64,000 nt of DNA from Octopus vulgaris (lineage: Eukaryota): positions 7,130,001 to 7,194,000 of the forward strand of contig OX597823.1 in the NCBI GenBank assembly GCA_951406725.2, read 5' to 3'. Of this stretch, positions 27,277 to 40,397 are shown in pieces. How positions within the stretch are numbered: position 1 is the stretch's first letter; every line of letters starts with the position of its first letter. The position numbers and the translations under genes are program-made. The notes below the pieces were generated by a model. It worked only from the letters and a program-made list of their open reading frames with translations. It ran no database searches and was not told where the DNA came from.

Positions 27277-27692
27277 ACGCAGGAGTGGCTGTGTGGTAAG
27301 TAGCTTGCTTACCAACCACATAGTTCTGGGTTCAGTCCCACTGCATGGCACCTTGGGCAGGTGTCTTCTACTATAGCCTCCGGCTGACCAAAGCCTTGTG
27401 AGTGGATTTAGTAGATAGAAACTGAAAGAAGCCTGTCGTATATATGTTTGTATGTATATATATATGTATATGTATGTGTATGTATATGTTTGTGCATCTG
27501 TGTTTGTCCCCCCAGCATCACTTGACAACGGATGCATCCCCATAACTTAGTGGTTTGGCAAAAAAGACCGATAGAATAAGTACTAGGCTTACAAAGAATA
27601 AGTCCTGGGGTCGATTTGTTCGACTAAAGGAGGTGCTCCAGCATGGCCACAGTCAAATGAATGAAACAAGTAAAGGAGTAAAAGAGTAAAAG
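27277..27692 (+). mobile_element. Family A SINE
   Basis: Full-length with small deletion. Confidence 0.9.
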
Positions 27693-27964
27693 AGATAGAT
27701 TCACTTTCTAAAAGGAAGCTTTTTTTAAAAGACAATATAGATGAGTAAAAATTTTTATTTTCGAGTGTCTTTTGGAGATTTTTAAGAATAAGCTTAATTC
27801 TAGAAGGCAAGGAATTATGCATTTCACAAATTTAAAGAAAATGAGTTTAAGGAAAATAATTAAAACAGGCTAATGGCATGGATACGGATAAATATATTGA
27901 AGACTGATGGAATGACTGCTGCAGGTAAGAAAATAACTATGCATTGATTAAAATTTTTAGTCAA

Positions 27965-28124
27965 ATAAATTGACCTCAGTACTCATTTTTTCTTATAAAC
28001 CTGGTACTTATTCTATCAGGTCTCTTGCTGAATTGCTAAGTTATGGAAACATAAACACACCAACACTGGTTGTCAAGCAGTAGGTGGTGGTGGGAGGGGG
28101 ACAAACAGACACAAAGACACAAAG

Positions 28125-28156
<32 letters not shown>

Positions 28157-28280
28157 GATAGGCTTCTTTCAGTTTCCATCTACCAAATCCACTCACAAGG
28201 CTATAGTAGAGGCCAAAGTGCAATGCAGTGGGACTGAACTTGGAACCATGTGGGTGTTACCACATGGCCATGGTTGCACC
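27965..28280 (-). mobile_element. Older family A SINE
   Basis: Diverged match. Confidence 0.8.
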
Positions 28281-28788
28281 TATTATGTATATTTGCTAAG
28301 TATGATATATAGATAGCTGTTTTAAGTTAAACCGTTGAGATTTCATACATCTAATCTTTGTGTAGCTTGGTGGCTATTTGCAATATCAATAAAGGTATCA
28401 TTCATTGTTTCCTATAGCAGAGGTGACAAATTTTGTTCGTAAGCATGTGGCCTGTAAGTACATATCACTGACATGGCCCAAGAAGGCCAAAATGTATCTA
28501 GTGTTCTTGTTGGCCACTGCCGAGATGATTTCTCAACCCTTTCTGATATCTATTACTTTCTTTAACATAGCATGTCAATAAGAGATTTTATCTTGGACAA
28601 AAACCACAATATTTTGCCTGTCGAAGTGTACATACATTAAATATGGTACATAGATGGCTATTTGATTCAATTGGGTAAACTGGTTATAAAATTACAGACA
28701 TGTAGATATAAACATATATACATACAATACAGACATATATAGATATACATATACATCTTATATATATAAAGATGTATATGTATATGCA

Positions 28789-28843
<55 letters not shown>

Positions 28844-28850
28844 ATGTATG

Positions 28851-28899
<49 letters not shown>

Positions 28900-28949
28900 A
28901 TGTATGTGTGTGCGTATATATATATATATATATGTTTATAATATAATGA

Positions 28950-29248
28950 AGGCATGTGGCTTAGTGGTTATGGTATTCACCTCATGATCGGGAGTTCAAT
29001 TCTTGGTGATACATTGTATCCTTGAGCAAGACATTTTATTTCACGTTGCTCCAGTTCACTCAGCTGGCAAAAATGAGTAGTACCTGTATTTCAAAGGGCC
29101 AGCCTTGTCACACTCTGTGTCATGCTGAATCTCCCTGGGAACTATGTTAATGGTACATGTGTCTGTGAAGTGCTCAGCCACTTGCACATTAATTTCATGA
29201 GCAAGCTGTTCCATTGATCAGATCAGCTGGGACCCTCATTGTCATAAC
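28950..29248 (+). mobile_element. tRNA-derived SINE sharing its 3' half with family D
   Basis: tggcttagtggtta head, tccttgagcaagacattttatttcac CORE-like part, tacctgtatttcaaagggcc... 3' part. Confidence 0.8.
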
Positions 29249-29316
29249 TTTTTATACACACACACACATATACAGATGCAAACACACACACACACATGTA
29301 TATATACATACACATA

Positions 29317-29727
29317 GGCACAGGAGTGGCTGTGTGGTAAGTAGCTTGCTTACCAACCACATGGTTCCAGGTTCAGTCCCACTGCGTGGCATCTTGGGCA
29401 AGTGTCTTCTGCTATAGCCCCGGGCCAACCAATGCTTTGTGAGTGGATTTGGTAGACGGAAACTGAAAGAAGCCTGTCGTATATATGTATATATATATAT
29501 ATATGTATGTGTGTGTATATGTTTGTGTGTCTGTGTTTGTGCCCCTAGCATTGCTTGACAACCGATGTTGGTGTGTTTATGTCTCCGTCACTTAGCGGTT
29601 CGGCAAAAGAGACCGATAGAATAAGTACTGGGCTTACAAAGAATAAGTCCCGGGGTCGAGTCGCTCGACTAAAGGCGGTGCTCCAGCATGGCCGCAGTCA
29701 AATGACTGAAACAAGTAAAAAAAAAAA
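29317..29727 (+). mobile_element. Family A SINE
   Basis: Full-length. Confidence 0.92.
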
Positions 29728-30562
29728 ATATATATATATATATATATTTACACATATACATATAAACATATATATATATGTGTGTTATATATATATACAT
29801 ACATACATATACACATTCACACACATTTATACAAATGTATATATATATGGTATATTTACGGTAAGTAAATATTTTATAGTTGTCTGCAAAGTAAATAAAT
29901 CTCATATCATGTAAATATTAATGTTGTCGGCTCTTTCTATTGACAATTGCTCCATCAATCCTTTCGTGTCATGCAATGCTGTCATTCATTTCGTAGACCT
30001 CACATATTTCATTGTGATGAGGAAAAGCTGGATTAGTCACAAACTGCCACAGCTTATTCCCTTCATCTTTCCACATAAGCTTCTGTCAGGCTCTTTTCCT
30101 CTCCCCTAAAAACTGCTTCTTTGTCCATTAACTCTTTCTCCCTGCCTCTGTTATGCTGGCTGGATGGCTGGATCCCTAAAACATCTTACTCCAAATATTT
30201 CAAAACAATGATGAATTGTCAGCTGTACCTTTCCCTTTTTCTCAGTAGCAGCTTTTTTTTTTGTCTTCTTCTCTCTTCGTCTTCACTTTCTTTCTTTTAC
30301 TGTCTTTTCTCCATCCTCTTTTCACTAACTGAACCCTTCTGGTTTCTACTAAGGAACATACACACATACAAACATGCGCATGTGCACATACACACACACA
30401 CTGACACATACACAGATACACATATTGCACATTTCTGTAAGCTAGCATGTACCATTACATTTATAATACATGTATAATACAAAAAAACCCCCCCAAAAAT
30501 TGCTTATGATTCTCAACTTCCACACACTCTGTGCAATATCTGCTATTAAATGGAGGCTTTAA

Positions 30563-30782
30563 CCCTTTCATTACCAACCCGGCTGAAACCGGCTCTGGTT
30601 CTGAGTACAAATGTCTTGTTTTTATAAGTTTTGAATTAAAATCTTCCACCAAACCTTAGTCACAATTTATGTTCCTAACACTAGCTCAATGGTAACTAAG
30701 TTATTTTACTAAATTCTTTGTTATATTTGAAGTAATTGAAAGAAACAAAGAACATCTCAAAATAAATACAGTAACGAAAGGG
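30563..30782. mobile_element. piggyBac-type MITE (220 bp)
   Basis: TTAA|CCCTTTCATTAC ... GTAACGAAAGGG|TTAA. Confidence 0.88.
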
Positions 30783-30848
30783 TTAAAAAGTAGGTTTATG
30801 GTGTCTCCTCCCTTGATGAGAGACTCAGAATGGGGTGTGTGTAAGTAA

Positions 30849-31352
30849 ACTCTTTTACTCTTTTACTTGTTTCAGTCATTTCACTGTGGCCATGCTGGAG
30901 CACCGCCTTTAGTCGAGCAAATCAACCCTAGGACTTATTCTTTGTAAGCCTAGTACTTATTCTATCGGTCTCTTTTACCGAACCGCTAAGTTATGGAGAT
31001 GTAAACACACCAACACCAGTTGTCAAGCGATGTTGGGGAGACAAACACAGACACACAAACTTATACACACACACATGTATGTATATATATATATATATAT
31101 ATATACGACAGTCTTCTTTCAGTTTCCGTCTACCAAATCCACTCACAAGGCTTTGGTTGGCCCAAGGCTATAGTAGAAGACACTTGCTCAAGGTGCCATG
31201 CAGTGGGACTGAACCCGGAACAAAATTTAACAAAAAAAAAAAAAAAAAAAAAGGTCTGAGTACTTTTTGTGTTTTCCATTTTAAAAACGAAAAAAAAAAA
31301 AAAAACATAAAAAATGTAAGCAAGCTACTTACCACACACCCACTCCTACGCC
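30849..31352 (-). mobile_element. Family A SINE with A-rich interruption in the head
   Basis: Match to family, 31222-31315 is foreign sequence. Confidence 0.85.
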
Positions 31353-31688
31353 CATATATATTTCATATCACAGTTTGTGAACAATAGCATTGCTGGTTAA
31401 AGGTTTCCAATGAGTCAATCACTGGTTTGCTATATTTCTAGCGACAAGAGTAATAACAAAGAAACATCTGTAAATCAATAAACACTGGTTTTCCAAACAT
31501 AAATGCATATATACATATATGGAAAACCAGTGTTCTTTTAAGTGAAGGCATGTGGCCTAATGGTTAAGGATGTCACACACGCAATTGCAAGGTCATGGTT
31601 TCAATTCCCAGATTGGTTGTGCATTGTGTTCTTGAGCAAAACATTTAATTTCACATTGAAGTAATATGTTTTTTTATTAAAGCTGCAA

Positions 31689-31793
31689 AAATATCACAAA
31701 AAACTTAGAGTTTCACATTTCCATTTGTCAGACATTTGTGGTCAAACTGTCCAACAAATGCAAAACTCTGAGTCACAGTTTTTAGTGATGTTT
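31689..31793. ncRNA. Inverted pair of decayed hammerhead motifs
   Basis: Plus: AAACTGT-CCAACAA-ATGC-AAAA-CTCTGAG-TC-ACAGTTT (7-bp stem I). Minus: TGT-CTGACAA-ATGGAAATGT-GAAA-CTCTAAG. Confidence 0.55.
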
Positions 31794-31944
31794 GCCATGT
31801 AATCGGCTTGGAAAATTATTAAGATACTAGGATATTTTCCTACTTTTCTTAACATGAAACCAATGGTAGCCTTAATTCACAAATAAAGAAATTATATCCA
31901 CCAATGTGGCGTTGAGCACTCATTTTCATCATTTGAGATTTATG

Positions 31945-31992
<48 letters not shown>

Positions 31993-32027
31993 CATAAGTC
32001 TCAATGATATAATAGTGGACATTTTCG

Positions 32028-32280
32028 GATGCGCATGCCATGTGCTTAGTGGTTAGGGTGTCAGCATCATGATCGTAAAATTGTGGTTTCAATTCCTGGA
32101 CCAGGTGACGCGTTGTGTTCTTGAGCAAAACACTTCATTTCACGTTGCTCCAGTCCACTCAGCTGGCAAAAGTGAGTAACGCTGCGATGGACTGGTGTCC
32201 CATCCAGCTGGGGAACACATACGCCATAGAAACTGGGAAACCGGGCCCATGATCCTGGCTAGGCTTTAAAAGGGTGCATT
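32028..32280 (+). mobile_element. tRNA/CORE-type SINE variant
   Basis: gcttagtggttaggg head, ttcttgagcaaaacacttcatttcac, gactggtgtcccatccag; partial copy at 31546-31657. Confidence 0.75.
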
Positions 32281-32626
32281 TATTTATTTTTTTATGTATG
32301 TATATATATATATGTGTGTGTGTGTGTGTATATATAATGAGCATCTGCACGGTTTCCATTAACGAAATTCCAGCCACAAGGTACTAGTCCGCCCAAACAC
32401 ATAATAGAAGATACTTGTCAATGTTCTGCTCAACAGGAATGAACACTGAACCTTCTGTTGTTGGCCAAACTTTTTTATCACACAGACACACCTGTGTCTG
32501 TGTTGGCACCTGAAAAGTGTGAGTACTAAAAGATAAGAAATACAACATGGTGACCAGATGGTTTCATTTAATGTTTTCTTTCTTAAATGCTTCAATAATC
32601 TGTTGATATACACATATATATATATA

Positions 32627-32846
32627 TACTCTTTTGCTCTTTTACTTGATTCAGTCATTTGACTGTGGCCATGCTGGAGTACCGCCTTTAGTCGAGCAAA
32701 TTGACCCCAGGACTTATTCTTTGTAAGCATTGTACTTATTCTATTGGACTCTTTTGCCAAACCACTAAGTTACAGGGATGTAAACACACCAGCATCGGTT
32801 GTCAAGCGATGTTGGGGGGACACACAAACATATACACACACATACG

Positions 32847-32883
<37 letters not shown>

Positions 32884-33038
32884 GACAGGCTTCTTTCAGT
32901 TTCCGTCTACCAAATCCACTCACAAGGCTTTGGTTTGCCCGAGGCTATAGTAGAAAATGCTTTCCCAAAGTGCCATGCAGTGGGACCGAATCCAGAACCA
33001 TGTGGTTGGTAAGCAAGCTACTTACCACACACCTACTC
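32627..33038 (-). mobile_element. Family A SINE
   Basis: Full-length. Confidence 0.9.
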
Positions 33039-33460
33039 ATATATATATATATGATTTGTGTATGTATACTTGCTAACAAGTGTATGGAAGTGTGTTTTTA
33101 AGTTTGCTGATTTCATTGTCTACTGTTGTTGTTGTCATTGTTGTTGTAGTTTCCTTCCGGCTGGTCTTGAAATACGAAGCTATTTTGAAATGTTCACAGT
33201 GTCAGACATTTTGTTTCTGATCTTTATTCCTTGAAATTACCCAACATTAGGAATTGAAATTGAAACAAAACAAATCATTAGAAACTTAAGAAAAGTCTTG
33301 CATATGTTTACTTCTGCTTTAATGGAATGCATTGATTTGCATATCCTTTCTTGAGAACTCTGGTTACTTCTTAATCTTTGTTTCTTTTGGTTATATTAGA
33401 TGATAACAGTTGGTGACTAAAAGGATCAATAATCAACAGAACTCTACATAAGTTTACAAA

Positions 33461-33851
33461 TCTATATCTATATAAAGCTGAAGTTGTCTGTGTATGGCAG
33501 GTTTGGTAGCCTTCAACTAACACTATCTCCTCAAAGACCCTGTGGCGCAAGTTGATCAAAATTGAGAGTATGATAGAAGAAGGCTTGCTCTTCATTCCGT
33601 AGAAGATAAAATTCAAATCGGACCATATTAACAACAAAAATTATTTACATCAAAAAGGTGATTTTTTCTATGAAAATCCATATTTTTTTACGATTTTTTT
33701 ACTGCTGTGTCGCTATTTTTGGTGTATTTCAACCTGAAAAATGTTCACTTAAAGAGAATAACAAGCTACATAATGCAAAATTTTTACTTTTCAAAAATTC
33801 CAATTCTAAAGGGTCAAAACAAACCCAAGCAACGCTGGATGATACTGCTAG
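33461..33851 (+). mobile_element. Non-autonomous Helitron
   Basis: A|TCTATATCTATATAAAG 5' end; decayed hairpin acccaagcaacgctggat then CTAG|T 3' end. Confidence 0.8.
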
Positions 33852-33879
33852 TAATATATAAAAAATTTTATGAACTACA

Positions 33880-34045
33880 TCAACCATGTCAGGATCTTAC
33901 CAGAAATATAGCATCAGTGGTGCTTCTGCTAGGCACAAAACCAAACTGCATCTCATCTAGGCTAACTCTCTCCCTAATTAGTTGGGCTATGACCCTCTCT
34001 GTAACTTTCATCACCTGATCCAATTATTTGATACCCCTATAGTTA
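33880..34045 (-). mobile_element. RTE LINE RT fragment
   Basis: NYRGIK.LDQVMKVTERVIAQLIRERVSLDEMQFGFVPSRSTTDAIFLVR on the minus strand. Confidence 0.85.
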
Positions 34046-34540
34046 TACCTATCTAAAACATGATTTTCATATATGTATGCATGTATTTATATATCTTTGT
34101 ATGTATGCTTGTGCACAGGTATGCATAGACAAATTATGCATATTTGTGAACATGCACGTATAGGCACGTGTATGGATATCATTGCATATGTCAGTCCTAT
34201 TACATGCTGAACTTATTAAATGCTTTACGTATTTTGATGGCTCGTAGCTGTAATTTCTTGATTAGGGTGACAGTACAAGAAGTAAATAACCATGATGAAA
34301 ATGGGGCAGGAGGGGCTAGAGAAGAATGAGAAGTTGAAGAGGGGAAGAACATAGTTCTCCATGCATGTATGTGTGTATTTCTTATTTTATTTAAAAAAAT
34401 TTTTTATCTAGTTTCAGCTCACGAGCTGTGGCCATGCTGCGGCACTGCCATGTGTGTGAATATGTATATATATATGTATATGCATATATGTATATGCATA
34501 TGTATATATCTATATCTATATATGTATATATATATATGTA

Positions 34541-34727
34541 TGTAAAAAGCACCCACTACACTCACGGAGTGGTTGGCGTTAGGAAGGACATCCAGCTGTA
34601 GAAACACTGCCAGATAAGACTGGAGCCTGGTGCAGCCTTCTGGCTTTCCAGATCCCCGGTCGAACCGTCCAACCCATGCTAGCATGGAGAACGGACGTTA
34701 AACGATGATGATGATGATGATGATGAT
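34541..34727 (+). mobile_element. Family C element, 5' truncated
   Basis: Match to family 3' half. Confidence 0.85.
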
Positions 34728-34740
34728 GTATATATATATG

Positions 34741-34803
<63 letters not shown>

Positions 34804-34866
34804 TATATATATATGCATAAATATATATATATATATGTATTTATATATATATGTATATATATATTT

Positions 34867-34930
<64 letters not shown>

Positions 34931-35042
34931 GTATATATGTATGTATGTATGTATATGTAAATGAATATGTAAAAAAGTAAAGTATCTATATATATATATG
35001 TATATATAGATATATATGTATATAATGCATGTGTGTATGTAT

Positions 35043-35335
35043 GTGGGAGGGGAGAGCAGCAGCCAGAAGTGCATGGAGCATATTGAGGTAGGCAGAGATG
35101 AGTTCAGTGGAACGGTTACAGTCAGAGATGATGAGGCCGCTGGGATTTGCTGCTCCATATAGCTTAGAGAGGAAGTGTGTAGTGGGAGTAGGGGGTGCAG
35201 AGGATGAGGGTGGGGGCTGGGGAAGGAGGGAGTGAGTGAGAGAGGGAGGGAGGGAGGGAGAGAGCTGGCAGAGGAGTAAGGAAAGGCACTGTTGGTAGAG
35301 GGAGTTGGTTTCAGAAGGCAACGAATGATACAAGA
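35043..35335 (-). mobile_element. Penelope-like element RT remnant
   Basis: [29 protein letters not shown]...LPSHI resembles the PLE RT motif PKIHK..PGRPIIS.C..PTE.ISAYLD...LPSYI. Confidence 0.7.
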
Positions 35336-35417
35336 GAGGGTTCTAGAGTTGTCACAGTGCTTTGGTTATGTAGAGGTTGGCCTGCCACACCATCACAGCA
35401 CTGCCATTGTCTGCTAG

Positions 35418-35457
<40 letters not shown>

Positions 35458-35941
35458 TCATCTTGGTGTTTCAAAAGAAGTGGAAATTGACTAGTTTAGC
35501 CTGTGAGATGTTGCATCAAGAACATGTTTAGAAGCTGAAGTAGTCAACTACATGGTAAGACGCATCAATAATTACATCCAGGGTTCTGAACTGGCCAAAA
35601 CTCAGTGATTAGTGCAATGGCAATTGGACCAGATCAGCAGTAGAGGACACTTGGACAAGGTGCCATCCAGTGGGACTGAACCCAGAACCATGTGGTTGGA
35701 AAGCAAACTTCTTGCCACACCACACCTGTATATATATATATGTGTGTGTATGTATAGATATATTTACACACACACACACACGCATACATATATATGTATA
35801 CATATATGTATGTATATATGTATACATATATGTATATATATATATATATATGTATGTATGTGTATGTATGTATGTACGTTCGTATGTATGTATGCATGTG
35901 TGTATCACAGAAACCCATCATACATATAAATCTTATTTTAA

Positions 35942-36161
35942 TCTTTTACTGTTTGCTTGTTTCAGTCGTTCAATAATAACCATCCTGGGGTACCACCTTG
36001 AGGAATTTTAGTTGAATAAATTGACCTGAGCATTTTTTTTAAAGCCTGGTATTTATTCTATCTGTCTCTTTTGCTGAATCACTAAGTTACAGGGATATAA
36101 ACAAACCAACAGCAGTTGTCAAGTGCTGGTGGGAGACAAAGACAGACACCAACAGACAAAC

Positions 36162-36234
<73 letters not shown>

Positions 36235-36249
36235 CACACACACACAAAC

Positions 36250-36282
<33 letters not shown>

Positions 36283-36445
36283 CAATGGGCTTCTTTCAGT
36301 TTCCTTGTACAAAATCTTCTCACAAGGTTTTTGTCAGCCGGAGGCTATTGCAGAAGGCATTTGCTCAAGGTGCCATGCAGTGGGACTGAACCTAGCACCA
36401 TGTGGTTGGGAAGCAAACTTTTTATCACACAGCCATCCCTGCACC
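35942..36445 (-). mobile_element. Older family A SINE with expanded (GA)n
   Basis: Diverged match. Confidence 0.8.
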
Positions 36446-36715
36446 TATATATATATATAGATGCAGTGTGTGTGTGTGTGTGTGTTATTGTCATATGCCT
36501 TGACATTGAATGATAGTTGTAAAGCAGTGTCAGTTATACAAGCTATATCCTTCATTACAAGGCTTCTATAAAAACATATCTAGTCATGGAGAAATATTCC
36601 CTTGCTTGGAAACAGATGAGGGTTGGTGACTGGAAGGGCACCTGTCTCAATAAATTCCATCCAATCCATGCACACATGGCAAAGTGGACATTGAAATGAT
36701 GAGGATGACAAAGAA

Positions 36716-36748
<33 letters not shown>

Positions 36749-37009
36749 TGTGTGTGTGACAGGTTTCTGTAAACTCTTGATCTACCAAATTTCATTCACA
36801 AGGCACCAAGGTACTGGATAACACAACGTTGCAGTAGAAGATACTTGACCAGGATGCTATGGCCATCACTGAAAGCAAACATTCTTAATTGCTCAGCCCT
36901 GATGGAACCTTTGGAAGTTTTCACAAGTTTTCATGTTTTTGTATAATCCATGTTTTCTGTCTCTGTATTTATTCCTCCACTTTTAGAATATGCATACTTT
37001 TAGTATACA

Positions 37010-37362
37010 TACACATATGTGTATCTACTATATAGGCTAAATACACACACACACACGTGCACGTGCACACACACACGTGCACGTGCACACACACACGCAT
37101 GCACGTATGCATACGCACATACTCATACATGCTTGAATTTATGTGTACATGTGTATATGTATATGCATATATATATGTGTATACATACACAGACATACAT
37201 ACATACTTACACACACACACACTTACATACTTACACAAACATACACACACACATATATATATATATATACACACACATATATATCTATATATATCTACAC
37301 AAATATATACATACATAAATATGTACACGTACATATGTGTGGCATGCATCTATGTATGTATG

Positions 37363-37395
<33 letters not shown>

Positions 37396-37405
37396 GTATG
37401 TATGT
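37010..37405. repeat. Mixed CA/TA/TATG microsatellite
   Basis: Direct inspection. Confidence 0.9.
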
Positions 37406-38587
37406 TAAGGCAATTCTACGATGTTGGCTATTTGTTTATATTTCTGTCTCTTAGTCATTGTATATATCTACCTACATAAAAATATATTCTGTAAATATAC
37501 ATCTAGATTAAAATACAAAATTAATCATTATATTTGCTTAGATTTTTACTCTTTTCATGTAAATTAAAATTGAATGCAATTCACACCGAAAAACCTTTTA
37601 TTTTATCCTATTAAATTTCTTTTGCTTTAAATGTAAAGATTCTTTTTTCTTTAAAATTTTGTTCTATTGCACAGCCAAAATTCTTATATTTTCACGATAG
37701 TTAGGAAATAACAAGCAAACTATGGAAATAAAATGACAAAACCATATCTTACCTCCAGCAAAGTACAAGTTAATTGGGTTTAGAAAAGAAATCTAAATTC
37801 ATTGTTAAAGAAAAGAAAAAATCTTTTGAAATAGAAAACAAACTATAAGTGGGGATAAAATACCCTAATTTACGAAACTTTGGTCATTTTTTATAGCTCC
37901 TTTTTTAGCATATCTGATTGAATTTTTTCTTCTTTGGATATTTAATCATTATAGAAATTTATCAGCTTTTATGTAACACTTTTTTTTCAACCCATCAAGC
38001 AGGCTTTAGACTTCTCTCTTATTTCCTTGAAAAAGGAAACAGTACATTTTACTTTTTGTCTTTTAATAAGTATAGAACAAGAGCTATTAATTTGCTGCAA
38101 CACTGAATGAAAACATCTGTTATCATTGAAATATTTACTATGGTATTTGACCATTTCTTTTCATTTAACTCTTCTTTTAGAATTCTTTTATATGTTACTC
38201 TTGTATGCCAAATTTTCTTTGAAAATTTTCAACTGTACTATTTTTGTGAACTTATTCTTAAGAAAATAAATAAATGTATTGAATATATTGGCTAAAAGTA
38301 TCTCCCTTGTATAATGAAGAGAAGTCAAAAATGACTGCAGAGAAAAGAAAAATTAATAAATTAGCTATTTTTTCAATAGCCTTTTGAAAATTAATAGAGA
38401 ACTGAAATTCAATGTCATTATATGTATTGAAGTGTATGTGCAAAAACTAGAAATGAGGTTCTCATTTTCTTAGACACCAGAGATTTTAATTTTCCTGGTG
38501 TCTGCTAAATTTGTCTGAAATAGCAAGATTAACAACACACATTAAAAAGTATCAGTATATAAATTATGACTGGAAGAATATTATCTT

Positions 38588-38794
38588 ATCTTTTATCTTT
38601 TACTTGTTTCAGTCATTTGACTGTGGTCATACTGGGGCACTACATTGAAGATGAGTTTTAGTCAAACAGAGAGACCCCACCCCGCTATACTTATTTTAAA
38701 GTCTGGTGTCTATTCTATCGATTTTTTTTCCCAAGCTGTTATGTTCCAAGGATATAAACAAACCAACACTGGCTGTCAAGTGGTTTGTGCAGGC

Positions 38795-38837
<43 letters not shown>

Positions 38838-38838
38838 T

Positions 38839-38884
<46 letters not shown>

Positions 38885-39045
38885 CCAACAGTCTTCTACA
38901 CAGTATACGTGTACCAAACTCACTCACGAGGCGTTGCTTGGCCCTAGGCCACAGTAGAAAACCCCTTCCTAAGGTGCCACACAATGGGACTACACCTGAA
39001 ACCATGAAATTGCAAAGCATGCTTCTTAACTATACAGCCATGTTA
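38588..39045 (-). mobile_element. Older family A SINE
   Basis: Diverged match. Confidence 0.75.
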
Positions 39046-39439
39046 ACCTCTATGATTATCTAATTATTCTATGCTTACCTCTATCATTATTTAATCATTC
39101 TATTTTATTTTAAATAGTAGTACTAGGGTTATAAGCTGGGATTTTTTTATGATCAAATTTTTTCAATATGTTTATTTATCTAATTTCTTTCAGGTCCCAA
39201 GATAAATATATAAATACAAAAGCATAAAATTCCAATATGAGAATCTTCAGCAATCTTCTGAGATTTGTAAAGTGTGTCAGGAGGATTTCAATCTTATTCT
39301 TGAAGAAAGATGATCTTGATACAGCAGCTCCCTCTTTCAATATGGCTCTAGCAACCAAGGCTGCATCATTTATATGCCTAACCCTAACACCCATAAGAGA
39401 AAGTGTCACTGTAAGGTCCTCAAGTTTGCTCCTTTTTTC

Positions 39440-39840
39440 TAACTCAATATGATAAATTGCAAGGGAAAGGTCTTCTTTAGAATAATGGATAAGCATTTTA
39501 TACAAGACCATAAGTATAGGGAAATATTTAAAAGGCATAATTTAAGGGTCTTATTTAGTTGTGTGCCTAGCATCAAAACAAATATTAGAATATGCCCCAA
39601 GGCTTCAAGCAAAAGAAGGCAGTTCTTGTAGGGTTTACAGTGAGTGTCCCGTGAATGGACAATGTAACACAGAGTCCATAATTTATGAAGCAGAGGTGGT
39701 GTCATTCAGTGACATCAAACTGGCATACACACAGAAATATGTTGAGGCAATAGATGGCCCCTTTAAGGCCAGGCTAAATAATTGCAGATCTATTTTTAGA
39801 ATCCAAGAAATGTCCTGTGCCTTATCTAAAAGGAAGTAAG
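39440..39840 (+). pseudogene. Penelope-like element thumb/linker + GIY-YIG endonuclease remnant
   Basis: KHFIQDHKYREIFKRHNLRVLFSC then ECPVNGQCNTESIIYEAEV...KYVEAIDGPFKARLNN across a frameshift. Confidence 0.8.
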
Positions 39841-40397
39841 GTTTTTTTTTTAAAGCTTTTTAAGCTTGTCTTGACAGAGAGGAAAATCACTCAGAAGAAA
39901 TTCACACAATCTGATTGCTTTCCTAAACTCAAAAAGTAAAATATTTTGATACTGCCCTCATGAATGGAAATTTGCTTTGACAACGTAATCATCCCCGTTT
40001 TCAGTCTAGAGAATGACAGATGTGTACATACACACACTCTCTCTCTCTCTCTCTCTCTCTCAGACACATACTCACACAGAGCTGAAAAACACACACACAC
40101 ACATATATATATATACAGTGTACAAGTATAAGCTATGCCCCTCTTACAAGTTCATATGCAGGTATTCTCATCCAAAATAGAGATGAGTACCAACATTTCC
40201 ATGTGTAAGCTTGAACAATTGTGAAGATATCTTCACATGAAACCACTGGTTACCTTGTTAACCTATAAATAAAATATATATGTGTATGTATATATATATA
40301 TACACACACACACAGTGCAGATGGTATTTGTTCCCATGATACTATCTCAAGATAAAATAAAACAGTGTTTTCATTTTTAAGACATATTTATTAAATA

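Noticed and set aside
27869-28440. Possible small plus-strand exons (LMAWIRINILKTDGMTAA|gtaag; tag|CAGAGG..TTC|gtaag)
   Set aside because: Splice-like sites are expected by chance and no recognisable protein
29930-30350. Possible PLE GIY-YIG remnant with CT-rich tail
   Set aside because: Similarity too weak to support
31222-31315. A-rich interruption in a SINE head
   Set aside because: Homopolymer-rich with no TSD; may be a sequencing artefact
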